DNA from: an uncultured Gammaproteobacteria bacterium
GTDB lineage: Bacteria; Patescibacteriota; Patescibacteriia; S139-126
NCBI GenBank assembly: GCA_964493305.1
Contig: CAZBLW010000001.1
Span: 384,037-448,036 of the forward strand
Length of the DNA: 64,000 bases
Reading direction: 5' to 3'
The translations under genes and the position numbers were made by a program. The notes under the pieces are model-generated. The model was not told the DNA's origin and made no database searches. It saw only the letters and a list, made by a program, of their open reading frames with translations. Below are positions 46,845 through 56,282 of the stretch, piece after piece. How positions within the stretch are numbered: position 1 is the stretch's first letter; every line of letters starts with the position of its first letter.

Positions 46845-47648
46845 ATGTGGTGGCAAACAGCAATTTTAGGTATTGTTCAGGGTTTAACAGAATTTTTACC
46901 TATCTCTTCATCTGGACATTTATTGTTGTTGGAAAAATTTACTAAACTACCTGATTTCGGTTTGACTTTTGATGCTTTTTTACACCTGGGTACTTTGTTG
47001 GCAGTAATAATTTATTTTCGTCAAGATATTTATTTATTGATAAAAGCTTTATTTGATCGGCAAGATCAGATTAATAAGCGGTTTATTGGCATTATATTAA
47101 TTAGCATAGTTCCGGCTGGTTTGGTTGGTTATTTGTTAAAAGATATAATTAGTGAAGATTTAAGATTACCAGGTTTGGTTTTATTTAATTTAATATTTTG
47201 GGCACTGGTAATGTGGTGGGCAGATAATTATATTGAGAAACAAAAAGTTAGCTTAAATGATTTAAAAAAAATATCTTGGAAACAAGGTTTAATTATTGGC
47301 TTAGCTCAAGTCTTAAGTTTATTACCCGGTACTTCACGTAGCGGTATCACCATAACCGCAGGTTTATTTCAATCTTTATCTCGACAAGTCGCAGCTCGTT
47401 TTAGTTTTATTATGAGTATTCCTTTGATTGCTGCCGCTGGTTTTTTAAATTTAATTACTTTAATTAATCAGCCAGAAGATATAGTAATAACCAATTTAAT
47501 TGTCGGTTTTTTAGCCAGTTTTATCACTGGTTTTTTGGCGATAGCTTGGTTACTAAAAATATTAGCTACTAAAAATTTAAAAATATTTGTCTGGTACAGA
47601 TTGTTTTTAGGATTAGTTTTGTTTATTTTTGTATATTTACTTAAGTAG
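46845..47648 (+). CDS. uppP: undecaprenyl-diphosphate phosphatase
   Basis: GLTEFLPISSSGHLLL signature. Multi-TM. Confidence 0.9.
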   Translation: MWWQTAILGIVQGLTEFLPISSSGHLLLLEKFTKLPDFGLTFDAFLHLGTLLAVIIYFRQDIYLLIKALFDRQDQINKRFIGIILISIVPAGLVGYLLKDIISEDLRLPGLVLFNLIFWALVMWWADNYIEKQKVSLNDLKKISWKQGLIIGLAQVLSLLPGTSRSGITITAGLFQSLSRQVAARFSFIMSIPLIAAAGFLNLITLINQPEDIVITNLIVGFLASFITGFLAIAWLLKILATKNLKIFVWYRLFLGLVLFIFVYLLK

Positions 47649-47656
47649 TTTTAATC

Positions 47657-48766
47657 ATGATAAAAAGGACAGAAAAAGTTGTAGTAGGTATGTCAGGGGG
47701 GGTTGATTCATCGGTAGCTGCGGCACTACTAAAAAAACAGGGTTACCAAGTAATTGGCGTGTTTATGAAAAATTGGTCTGATAATTTTGCAGTTATTGAT
47801 GATTGTCCTTGGCAGCAAGATTTAGCTGATGCCCAAGCGGTAGCAAAAAAATTATCTATACCACTGGAAGTTTTTAATTTTGAACAGCAGTATAAACGCA
47901 GAGTAATTGATTATTTTTTTTCTGAATACCAAGCCGGTCGCACACCCAATCCTGATATTTTGTGCAACTCAGAAATAAAGTTTAAACTTTTTTTTGACCA
48001 AGCACTTGAGTTGGGAGCAGATTATATCGCCACCGGACACTATGCTCGCACACGAGCAATTCCAAATTCAAAAATCCCAGAAACAACAAATACACATTAT
48101 CAACAATTACTAAAAGGTAAAGATCAAAATAAGGATCAATCTTATTTTTTGTATGGCATTAATCCTAAAGTTTTAAAAAAAGTTTTATTTCCCATAGGTG
48201 AATATTTAAAATCAGAAGTTAGAGCCATGGCCAAAAAAATGAAACTGCCCACCAAAGATAAAAAGGATTCCCAAGGAATTTGTTTTATTGGTGAAGTTGA
48301 TTTACGTAAATTTTTATCTCAATATATCAAGCCAACGGCCGGAGATATAATTGATGCTGATAATCAAAAAGTAATTGGTCGTCATGAAGGATTAGCCTGG
48401 TACACTGTTGGCCAACGCCGGGGAATTAAAATTGGTGGTACTGGGCTACCTTTGTATGTGGTAGATAAAGATATGAAAAAAAATATTCTTTATGTGGTTA
48501 AAGGCGCTCATCATCCCAAACTTTATAAACAATCATTAATTGCTGAAAAAATAAATTGGTTAATACCCCAACCAAAATTACCATTAAATATTAAAGCTAA
48601 AATCAGATATCGTCAGGTTGATCAAGAGGCAGAAATTGATCATGCAAATAATAAAAAGGATAAATTGATAGTTGATTTTAAACAACCACAACGTGCTGTA
48701 ACTAGTGGACAAAGCGTAGTATTTTACCAAGGCGAGGTTTGTTTGGGCGGAGGGATTATTCAGTAG
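47657..48766 (+). CDS. mnmA: tRNA-specific 2-thiouridylase MnmA
   Basis: PP-loop VVVGMSGGVDSSVAA. CNSEIKF and GHYAR motifs. Confidence 0.9.
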   Translation: MIKRTEKVVVGMSGGVDSSVAAALLKKQGYQVIGVFMKNWSDNFAVIDDCPWQQDLADAQAVAKKLSIPLEVFNFEQQYKRRVIDYFFSEYQAGRTPNPDILCNSEIKFKLFFDQALELGADYIATGHYARTRAIPNSKIPETTNTHYQQLLKGKDQNKDQSYFLYGINPKVLKKVLFPIGEYLKSEVRAMAKKMKLPTKDKKDSQGICFIGEVDLRKFLSQYIKPTAGDIIDADNQKVIGRHEGLAWYTVGQRRGIKIGGTGLPLYVVDKDMKKNILYVVKGAHHPKLYKQSLIAEKINWLIPQPKLPLNIKAKIRYRQVDQEAEIDHANNKKDKLIVDFKQPQRAVTSGQSVVFYQGEVCLGGGIIQ

Positions 48767-48810
48767 AATTTGCCAAGCAATAAATTTATCTTTATAATCA
48801 CAAGTACTAT

Positions 48811-50571
48811 ATGATAACTACTAAAGAATTAAGGCAAAAATATTTAGATTTTTTTGTGAGTAAAAATCACGCTGTTATTGATGGCGCGTCTTTGTTGCCA
48901 GAAAATGACCCAACTGTGCTTTTTACTACTGCTGGGATGCATCCGTTGGTGCCTTATTTAATGGGTGAAAAACACCCAGCCGGCAATAGGCTGGTAAATT
49001 ACCAAAAATGTATCAGAACTGGTGATATTGATGAAGTCGGTGATAATACTCATCTAACTTTTTTTGAAATGTTAGGTAATTGGTCATTGGGCGGCTATTT
49101 TAAAAAGGAAGCTATTGAATATTCTTGGGAGTTTTTAACTTCTCCTAAGTGGCTAGGTCTGGATAAAGACAAGTTAGCCGTATCAGTTTTTGCAGGTGAT
49201 GAGGATGCCCCACGTGATGATGAATCTGCCGCCATGTGGTTGTCACTGGGTGTTTCAGAACATAAAATTGCTTATCTACCAAAGAAAAATAATTGGTGGG
49301 GGCCAGCTGGTAAAACCGGACCGTGTGGACCTGATACAGAGATGTTTTATTGGGTTGGTGAAGGTTTGCCGCCAGAAGATTCCAATCCCGGTAATGATGA
49401 AGCCAAATGGATAGAAATTTGGAATGACGTTTTTATGCAATATTACAAAGACGAAACAGGAAAATATATACCCGCTAAGCAGAAAAATGTTGATACTGGT
49501 ATGGGATTAGAACGGACGGTAGCTATACTAAATGGATATAAAAGTGTTTATGAGGTTGATACTTTAAAACCGATTTATGATTACATTTTAAAATTAGCTG
49601 TTGATAAAAGTAATAACAAGGCTGTCAGAATTATTTCTGATCACGTGAGAGCTGCAGTAATGATAATGGGTGATGACCAAGGCGTAGTGCCAGCAAATGT
49701 TGATCAGGGTTATGTAGTAAGAAGATTGTTACGAACCTCGATTCGTCAGGGTAGGGAATTGGGAATTGAAAATAATTTTTTACAAGATATTGCCCTTGTG
49801 GTTATTGCAACCCTAAGTGGTATTTATCAAGAACTTTCAAGAAATCAACAAAAGATTATTTCGGAAATTTCTATTGAAGAAGAAAAATTTAATAAAGTAT
49901 TAAATGAAGGTGAAAAAAAGGTCCAGCAATTTATTAGTGACGGAAAAATAACAGGTGAAGAGGCTTTTCAACTTTTTACAACCTATGGTTATCCGATTGA
50001 TGAAATAAAACGTTTGGGAGTTGAGGTTGATATGGAGTCATTCTCAGAAAAATTAAAAGCTCACCAAGAACTTTCCCGAGCTGGAGGGGAACAAAAATTT
50101 GCTGGAGGACTGGCTGATCATAGTGAAGAAGTAAAAAGATTACATACGGCTACCCATTTATTACACGCAGCTCTAAGGAAAGTATTAGGCGAGCACGTTG
50201 CCCAAAAAGGTTCAAATATAACTAAAGATCGGCTACGGTTTGATTTTTCCCATCCTGAAAAAATGACAACAGAACAAATTAAACAAGTGGAAGATATTGT
50301 TAATGAACAAATCAATAAAAAATTAAAAGTTTGGTGGATGGAAATGACCGTTGCCGAAGCCAAACAAAAAGGTGCGTTGGGACTTTTTACTCAAAAGTAC
50401 GGTGATAAAGTAAAAGTTTATACAGTTGGTGAAGATGACAGTTGGTTTAGTCGTGAACTTTGTGGCGGTCCCCATGTGGAAAATACGTCCGAGCTTGGAC
50501 ATTTTAAAATTATCAAAGAAGAAGCTTCATCGTCCGGAGTAAGACGGATTAAAGCAGTAATAGGTAGTTAA
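48811..50571 (+). CDS. alaS: alanine--tRNA ligase, compact form lacking C-terminal C-Ala domain
   Basis: N-terminus FTTAGMHP. Editing-domain HTATHLLHAAL and CGGPHVENTSELG. Only 586 aa. Confidence 0.8.
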   Translation: MITTKELRQKYLDFFVSKNHAVIDGASLLPENDPTVLFTTAGMHPLVPYLMGEKHPAGNRLVNYQKCIRTGDIDEVGDNTHLTFFEMLGNWSLGGYFKKEAIEYSWEFLTSPKWLGLDKDKLAVSVFAGDEDAPRDDESAAMWLSLGVSEHKIAYLPKKNNWWGPAGKTGPCGPDTEMFYWVGEGLPPEDSNPGNDEAKWIEIWNDVFMQYYKDETGKYIPAKQKNVDTGMGLERTVAILNGYKSVYEVDTLKPIYDYILKLAVDKSNNKAVRIISDHVRAAVMIMGDDQGVVPANVDQGYVVRRLLRTSIRQGRELGIENNFLQDIALVVIATLSGIYQELSRNQQKIISEISIEEEKFNKVLNEGEKKVQQFISDGKITGEEAFQLFTTYGYPIDEIKRLGVEVDMESFSEKLKAHQELSRAGGEQKFAGGLADHSEEVKRLHTATHLLHAALRKVLGEHVAQKGSNITKDRLRFDFSHPEKMTTEQIKQVEDIVNEQINKKLKVWWMEMTVAEAKQKGALGLFTQKYGDKVKVYTVGEDDSWFSRELCGGPHVENTSELGHFKIIKEEASSSGVRRIKAVIGS

Positions 50572-51128
50572 ATAAACCCCCAAAGTTTGGGGGTTTTTGT
50601 TAAATATATTTTAAAATTTACTTGATTGTAAAAATCTTTAAGAGCAAGTAGATAGTAAACGTAGGTTGAGAAAGTAAAATATTTATTTTTTTGTAAAGAT
50701 CTTTGTTTATTATTGTAGTGTACACTTATTGTGTCGCCCCGTTCGTCAATATAACGGTAAAGAGAGTTTATATTTTGACTTGAAAAGTCATTATCTAAAA
50801 TAAAAAAGTAAAAATTTTTTCCGTAAACTGTCATTTTAAAATAACCACTGTCTATTTGATTGGTAGGACTACTTTTAATAAAACCACTGAATTCGAAAAA
50901 AATTGTGTCTAAATCTGCTTCGTAGTAAAACAATAAACCTGATTTATCACTGACAAATCCTCCGGAACTTGATTTTCTGTTTTTATCACTCAAAACATCT
51001 ACGATGGTGTGACGTACCAATTTGGCCATTTCGGTATCAGTTAGGGGTGTTTGAAAAGATAGATAACGAACAGTACAACCGTTAGATAGTAAATAAATAA
51101 ACGAAATATAAACAAATAGAGCTTTCAT
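50568..51128 (-). CDS. hypothetical secreted/lipoprotein-like protein
   Basis: Signal-like N-terminus MKALFVYISFIYLLSNGC. The C-terminal 9 codons are encoded by the terminator hairpin. Confidence 0.4.
   Translation of the reverse strand: MKALFVYISFIYLLSNGCTVRYLSFQTPLTDTEMAKLVRHTIVDVLSDKNRKSSSGGFVSDKSGLLFYYEADLDTIFFEFSGFIKSSPTNQIDSGYFKMTVYGKNFYFFILDNDFSSQNINSLYRYIDERGDTISVHYNNKQRSLQKNKYFTFSTYVYYLLALKDFYNQVNFKIYLTKTPKLWGFI
50574..50598. terminator. bidirectional rho-independent terminator (AAACCCCC-AAAG-TTTGGGGGTTTTT)
   Basis: GC5 stem with A/T flanks, between convergent alaS and the minus-strand gene. Confidence 0.75.
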
Positions 51129-51198
51129 CTTCCCTCCTTAAATAAATTGTTAATGTTTGCTATTATTTAAATAGAATAATTATTATTTGTAAAGGTCT

Positions 51199-51417
51199 AT
51201 GGTAAAAAAAACCACCAAAAAGCCAGTTGCCAATAAAGACCAAGATCTAACCAAACAGGTAGATAAGGTTTTAGCTGAAATTAAAGAATTTACGACTACA
51301 GCCAACCGTCGCTATCAATCGTTGGATGATACTACAAAAAAGAAGTTAGCTGTGGGAGTAGGTTTACTTGCAACTATGGCAGCTGGAGCTTTACTGATTA
51401 AAAAAAAGAAAAAGTAA
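51199..51417 (+). CDS. small hypothetical protein with C-terminal TM and poly-Lys tail
   Basis: LAVGVGLLATMAAGALLIKKKKK. Confidence 0.35.
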   Translation: MVKKTTKKPVANKDQDLTKQVDKVLAEIKEFTTTANRRYQSLDDTTKKKLAVGVGLLATMAAGALLIKKKKK

Positions 51418-51429
51418 AATTAATCAGTT

Positions 51430-52221
51430 ATGGGAACAAAAATAAATAAACTGATTTTATTTGTCGGTTTGTTTGCTGTTTTTGGATTTTTGTTTATATT
51501 TAAATTTAATTTAATCAAGATAAACAAAAAAATATATCTACCCCCGCCACTTAATTATCAGGAAATCACATCTGATTCAAATTATGCCACCAGTAGTCAT
51601 CAATTGGTAGATAAAAATATCCCACCAGAAATAACTGACAATCCTGATCCACAAACAGTACTTAAAGATAAAATAAATTTACTTGTTCCTTTTGCTGTGC
51701 AAGCACCTCAAGCAAATTGGGAGATGCCTTATAAAGAAGCTTGCGAAGAGGCATCTATTCTGATGGTGTACGGTTTTTTAAAAAATAAAAATAGTTTTAC
51801 TCCTGATTATATAAAAAATCAAATAGATGAATTGGTTGATTATCAACTGCAAGTATTAGGAGAACATAAAGATTTGAATTTAGCTGAAACCGCTCAATTG
51901 GCTGCTGATTATTATAAGTTAAACTATCGTCTAATAAGTCAACTTGATGCCGATAAAATAAAAATTGAATTATCTAAAGGAAATCCAGTTATAATCCCCA
52001 CTGCTGGCAGGTTATTGGCAAATCCCAATTTTCGTAGTCCTGGACCGCTATACCATATGTTAGTAGTCAAAGGTTATCAAGATGATTATTTTATTACTAA
52101 TGATCCGGGTACAAAAAATGGCGAAAATTATCTTTATAAAACTAACCAACTTATAAACGCTATTGCTGATTGGACTGGCAGTGAGCCGGATGGGGAAAAA
52201 GTAGGTTTGATTTTATTTTAA
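51430..52221 (+). CDS. membrane-anchored C39-like (YvpB-type, Peptidase_C39_2) cysteine peptidase domain protein
   Basis: Putative Cys in EACEEASILM and His in YHMLVVKGYQDDYFITNDP, arranged as in papain-like C39_2. Confidence 0.45.
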   Translation: MGTKINKLILFVGLFAVFGFLFIFKFNLIKINKKIYLPPPLNYQEITSDSNYATSSHQLVDKNIPPEITDNPDPQTVLKDKINLLVPFAVQAPQANWEMPYKEACEEASILMVYGFLKNKNSFTPDYIKNQIDELVDYQLQVLGEHKDLNLAETAQLAADYYKLNYRLISQLDADKIKIELSKGNPVIIPTAGRLLANPNFRSPGPLYHMLVVKGYQDDYFITNDPGTKNGENYLYKTNQLINAIADWTGSEPDGEKVGLILF

Positions 52222-52277
52222 TAATTTTGGCTAATATTAAATAAAATTTTAAAATAATTTAATAATACATAAATTTC

Positions 52278-52305
52278 TTGACACTTTTTTCTTTTCTGTT
52301 ATAAT
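52278..52305 (+). promoter_or_regulatory. sigma70 promoter TTGACA-N16-TGtTATAAT (extended -10) for the infA operon
   Basis: Perfect -35 and extended -10 about 100 nt upstream of infA. Confidence 0.6.
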
Positions 52306-52409
52306 ATTTACTACGGACTAAATAGTGTGTATAAAAGAAAACACCTTAAGTCAATGTAAAAATTCTAGTAAATATTTTTTACTAAGAATTTTATTTTGCT
52401 TAATTTTAA

Positions 52410-52694
52410 ATGGAAGAAAATAACACAGTAGAACAAAATAGCCAGCAATCAAATAAACAAGTAGAAGCAAACGTAAGTCAAAATAGTAAAGGTTTTATTG
52501 AGATTGAGGGCGAAGTAATTGAAATGCTACCCGCAGGTAGTTTTAAAGTTTTATTGGACAACGATCATGAGGTCTTAGCCCATCTTTCTGGAAAAATGAG
52601 AATGTTTAAAATCAGATTGGTTATGGGTGATAGAGTTAAATTGGAAATGAGTCCTTATGATTTGACCAAAGGACGTATTACTAGAAGATTATAA
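52410..52694 (+). CDS. infA: translation initiation factor IF-1 with about 25-aa Asn/Gln-rich N-terminal extension
   Basis: The core aligns to the IF-1 S1 domain ([33 protein letters not shown]). Confidence 0.85.
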   Translation: MEENNTVEQNSQQSNKQVEANVSQNSKGFIEIEGEVIEMLPAGSFKVLLDNDHEVLAHLSGKMRMFKIRLVMGDRVKLEMSPYDLTKGRITRRL

Positions 52695-52697
52695 TTT

Positions 52698-52811
52698 ATG
52701 AAAGTTAGAGCATCAGTAAAAAAAATGTGTAAAGATTGTCGCGTTATTCGTCGGGAAGGACGCGTTTGGGTAATATGTAAAAATCCTCGTCACAAACAAA
52801 GACAAGGTTAA
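52698..52811 (+). CDS. rpmJ: 50S ribosomal protein L36
   Basis: [37 protein letters not shown]. Not in the ORF track (37 aa). Confidence 0.85.
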   Translation: MKVRASVKKMCKDCRVIRREGRVWVICKNPRHKQRQG

Positions 52812-52826
52812 TTAATATATTAATTT

Positions 52827-53216
52827 ATGGCACGTATTGCTGGTATCAATATACCTGATAAAAAAAGAATAGAAATCGCCTTAACTTATATTTATGGAGT
52901 TGGCAAGGCGAGATCAAACCTAATTTTACGAGAATTAGGTATTGATAAAAATATTAAAGTAAAGGACATTACCGAAAAACAATTAAATGATATCAAAATT
53001 TTTTTGGATAAAAATTTTAAAATTGAAGGTGATTTAAAAAGAGAAGTTTTATCCAATATTAAGCGTTTAAAAGAAATAACTAGTTATCGAGGCAGTCGTC
53101 ATAGTCGTAGTTTACCGGCAAGAGGCCAACGTACCAAAACCAATAGTCGCACCGTTAGAGGAAATGTACGTAAAACTATGGGTTCTGGTAGAGCTAAAGC
53201 TGCCCAAAAAACCTAA
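52827..53216 (+). CDS. rpsM: 30S ribosomal protein S13
   Basis: MARIAGINIPDKKRIEIALTYIYGVG. Confidence 0.9.
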   Translation: MARIAGINIPDKKRIEIALTYIYGVGKARSNLILRELGIDKNIKVKDITEKQLNDIKIFLDKNFKIEGDLKREVLSNIKRLKEITSYRGSRHSRSLPARGQRTKTNSRTVRGNVRKTMGSGRAKAAQKT

Positions 53217-53226
53217 TTGAAATAAT

Positions 53227-53661
53227 ATGACTGATCAAGCAAAAACAACCGCACCAACAAATCAAACTGTTGAATCAAGTGAAAAAAAGTTTCAGAAAAG
53301 CCGCAAAAAGAGACAGGTGAGAAGAGGGAATGCTTATATCCAAGCTACTTATAATAACACCATCGTGTCTTTTGCTGATATGAATGGAAATGTTTTGATT
53401 ACCGTAAGTGCTGGGCAATGTGGTTTTAAAGGTCCTAAAAAAGCTACTCCTTATGCTGCTGGTATTATTGTTAGAACTGCTGCTGAAAAAATCAAAGATT
53501 ATGGTTTGAAAGAAGTAAGTGTTATGGTTAAAGGCATTGGTGGAGGACGTGAGGGAGCAATTAGAGCTTTACAAGCCAATAATATTGAAGTGGTGAGTAT
53601 TCGTGACATTACGCCTTTACCCCACAATGGTTGTCGTAAGAAAAAACCAAGACGGGTTTAA
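53227..53661 (+). CDS. rpsK: 30S ribosomal protein S11
   Basis: YIQATYNNTIVSFADMNGNVL. About 15-aa N-terminal extension. Confidence 0.9.
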   Translation: MTDQAKTTAPTNQTVESSEKKFQKSRKKRQVRRGNAYIQATYNNTIVSFADMNGNVLITVSAGQCGFKGPKKATPYAAGIIVRTAAEKIKDYGLKEVSVMVKGIGGGREGAIRALQANNIEVVSIRDITPLPHNGCRKKKPRRV

Positions 53662-53677
53662 TATTAATTAATTTTAC

Positions 53678-54292
53678 ATGGGAAGATATTTAGGACCAAA
53701 AGATAAGTTATCTAGACGAGAAGGTGTTAATCTTTTTGGCAAAGCCAAAAGCCCTTTGCAAAAAAGAAATTATCCACCGGGAGTGCACGGGCCGAGTCAA
53801 CGCGTGAGATTATCTACTTATGGTCAACAATTGAGAGAAAAACAAAAAGCTAAGAGAATTTATGGTTTGCTGGAAAAGCAGTTTGTTAATTATTATGAAA
53901 AAGCTTTAACTAGAAAAGGTGATACTGGTGAAATTTTAGTGCAGTTATTGGAATCAAGATTGGATAATTTGGTTTATCGTTCGGGCTTGGCTGAAACTAG
54001 AGCTCAAGCCAGACAGTTAGTAACCCATGGTTTTTTTGAAGTAAACGGTAAAAAAGTTGACATACCTTCCTTTAATTGTAAAGTAGGCGATGTTATAAAA
54101 GTTAAAGACAATAAAGCCAATAAAAACTTCATTAAAGAGGCAGTCAAGAAATGGCCCAATAAGCAAGAAATTGCCAATTGGTTAGCTGTCGATTTTAAGG
54201 CTTTATCTTTTAAGGTAGTGACCGTTCCGGTAATTGATCAACAGGCTTTGTTGTTTGATACCAGAGCAATAATTGAGTTTTATTCTAAATAA
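53678..54292 (+). CDS. rpsD: 30S ribosomal protein S4
   Basis: MGRYLGPKDKLSRREGVNLF. Confidence 0.9.
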   Translation: MGRYLGPKDKLSRREGVNLFGKAKSPLQKRNYPPGVHGPSQRVRLSTYGQQLREKQKAKRIYGLLEKQFVNYYEKALTRKGDTGEILVQLLESRLDNLVYRSGLAETRAQARQLVTHGFFEVNGKKVDIPSFNCKVGDVIKVKDNKANKNFIKEAVKKWPNKQEIANWLAVDFKALSFKVVTVPVIDQQALLFDTRAIIEFYSK

Positions 54293-54308
54293 TATTGATA
54301 AAATTTTT

Positions 54309-55064
54309 ATGTCTATTATACCATTGCCAAACAAAATAACCTGGGAAGAAACAGGTGCCAATGAAGCTAAACTAATCGTTGAACCATGCAGTGCTGGTTA
54401 TGGTACTACTTTAGGTAATGCTTTACGTCGAGTTTTATTATCGTCATTGCCAGGAGCAGCTGTAACCAAAATGAAGGTAAAAAAAGTGGATCACGAGTTT
54501 TCAACTATTCCTGGGGTTAAGGAAGATTTAGTTGAAATAATGTTGAATTTAAAAAATTTAAGACTAAAAAGTCAATCAGCTGAACCAGTAAAAATTCATT
54601 TAAAAGTCAAAGGTAAGGTAGGAGAAGTAAAGGCAAGTGAAATCGAAAAAAATGCTGATGTTGAAGTGATTGATAAAGATTTCGTGATTGCCACGGTAAC
54701 TGATAAAAAAGCTGAATTGGATATTGAAATGACAGTGGAAAAAGGTTTTGGTTATTTACCAGTAGAAGATAGAAAAAATGAAGAAAAAGAGGTAGGAATT
54801 ATTTATTTAGATGCCTTTTTTTCTCCAGTAAAAACCGTAGGTTTTGAAGTTACCCCGGCTCGTGTTGGTCAAGACATTAATTTTGATCGTTTGACAATGA
54901 ATATCGTAACCGACGGTTCAATTGCTCCAAAAAATGCTGTTGATTTTGCTTTGTCTATTTTATTGGAACATTTTCAATTATTGAAAGAAAATTCAGGTGT
55001 TAATGACACCACTCAAGTTAAAAGCAAAGAAAAGTCTAAAAAGAAATCAGTTGAAAAAGAATAA
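54309..55064 (+). CDS. rpoA: DNA-directed RNA polymerase alpha subunit, N-terminal domain only (no alpha-CTD)
   Basis: The alpha-NTD is conserved to about aa 225. Then a 25-aa Lys/Ser tail follows. Start refined to 54309 (ORF track 54273 overlaps rpsD). Confidence 0.8.
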   Translation: MSIIPLPNKITWEETGANEAKLIVEPCSAGYGTTLGNALRRVLLSSLPGAAVTKMKVKKVDHEFSTIPGVKEDLVEIMLNLKNLRLKSQSAEPVKIHLKVKGKVGEVKASEIEKNADVEVIDKDFVIATVTDKKAELDIEMTVEKGFGYLPVEDRKNEEKEVGIIYLDAFFSPVKTVGFEVTPARVGQDINFDRLTMNIVTDGSIAPKNAVDFALSILLEHFQLLKENSGVNDTTQVKSKEKSKKKSVEKE

Positions 55065-55072
55065 GCGATTTT

Positions 55073-55426
55073 ATGAAACATTTACATAAAGGTAAAATTT
55101 TCAAAAGAAAAGTTGGTCCGCGAAATTTGATGTTACGCAATTTGGCGGAAAGTTTGATATTGTATGAACGTGTCAAAACTACAGCTGTAAAAGCCAAAGC
55201 TATTCGATCTAAAGTTGAGCCAATGATTTCTCGAGCTAAAAAAGACAATTTACATAATCGTCGTTTGATCATGAAGAGCTTATTTACAGACAACGCAGTG
55301 AAAAAAATATTTGAAGTATTGGGACCACGGTATCTTGATAGAAAAGGTGGTTATACGCGTATCTATAAATTAAACCCCCGACGAGGTGATGGTGCTGAAC
55401 AAGTTATTATTGAGTTAGTTAAATAA
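55073..55426 (+). CDS. rplQ: 50S ribosomal protein L17
   Basis: RNLMLRNLAESLILYERVKTT. Confidence 0.9.
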   Translation: MKHLHKGKIFKRKVGPRNLMLRNLAESLILYERVKTTAVKAKAIRSKVEPMISRAKKDNLHNRRLIMKSLFTDNAVKKIFEVLGPRYLDRKGGYTRIYKLNPRRGDGAEQVIIELVK

Positions 55427-55427
55427 T

Positions 55428-55784
55428 ATGAATAAAATAAATAGAACAATTCATGAAATAGACGCCAGTGGTGAGATTTTAGGTAGATTAGCCACCAAGG
55501 TTGCCGTGCTTTTACGAGGCAAACATAAAGTATCTTTTTCGCCACACATTGATGCTGGAGATAAAGTGATTATTGTCAATGCCGATAAAATAAAAGTTAC
55601 CGGAAACAAATTAACCCAAAAAACATATGCTCATTATAGTGGCTATCCCGGCGGTTTAAAACAAAAAGATTTAGCCGAATTGTTAGCAACTGATCCTACT
55701 CGAGTTATCAAACAAGCAGTTTATAATATGTTACCAAAAAATAAATTAAGACAAGATATGATTAAACGTTTAACTTTTAAATAA
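55428..55784 (+). CDS. rplM: 50S ribosomal protein L13
   Basis: L13 N-terminus and core conserved. Confidence 0.9.
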   Translation: MNKINRTIHEIDASGEILGRLATKVAVLLRGKHKVSFSPHIDAGDKVIIVNADKIKVTGNKLTQKTYAHYSGYPGGLKQKDLAELLATDPTRVIKQAVYNMLPKNKLRQDMIKRLTFK

Positions 55785-55785
55785 T

Positions 55786-56208
55786 ATGACTGGTAAAGAA
55801 GAAATTTTGGAATTTAAAGGTAAATATTACGCCGCCATTGGCAAGAGAAAAAATGCTGTGGCTAAGGTACGCTTATATCCCAAAGGAAAAGGGAGATTTT
55901 TAGTAAACGATAGAGCTGAGATTAATTATTTCCCCAGACAAGAATTGTTATTAAATATTAAAAAACCTTTAAGTTTAGTAGATAAAAGTGATCAGTTTGA
56001 TATTTCGGTAAAAGTTAGTGGGGGAGGTTTTAAAGGACAAGCTGATGCCATCCGCTTGGGTATTGCTCGAGCATTGGTAGATATGGATAAAGACATTAGA
56101 CCGGTATTAAAAAAATCAAACTTATTAACTAGAGATTCTAGAAAAAAAGAAAGAAAGAAACCAGGTTTGAAAAAAGCCCGTCGTGCACCACAGTGGCAGA
56201 AAAGATAA
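55786..56208 (+). CDS. rpsI: 30S ribosomal protein S9
   Basis: GKRKNAVAKVRL. C-terminus KARRAPQWQKR. Confidence 0.9.
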   Translation: MTGKEEILEFKGKYYAAIGKRKNAVAKVRLYPKGKGRFLVNDRAEINYFPRQELLLNIKKPLSLVDKSDQFDISVKVSGGGFKGQADAIRLGIARALVDMDKDIRPVLKKSNLLTRDSRKKERKKPGLKKARRAPQWQKR

Positions 56209-56225
56209 CTCAATTGATTTCCTAA

Positions 56226-56251
56226 AGCGATGCCTGCTGGCATCGCTTTTT
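56226..56251 (+). terminator. rho-independent terminator (AGCGATGCC-TGCT-GGCATCGCT + T5)
   Basis: 9-bp stem with T-run after rpsI. Confidence 0.75.
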
Positions 56252-56282
56252 AATTATAAAATTTTTAAGGTATAATTATTTT

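Noticed and set aside
46790-46845. A-tract direct repeats (AAAATTA) upstream of uppP as a possible UP element
   Set aside because: RpoA here lacks the alpha-CTD that reads UP elements. Such phased A-tracts are common in AT-rich intergenic DNA.
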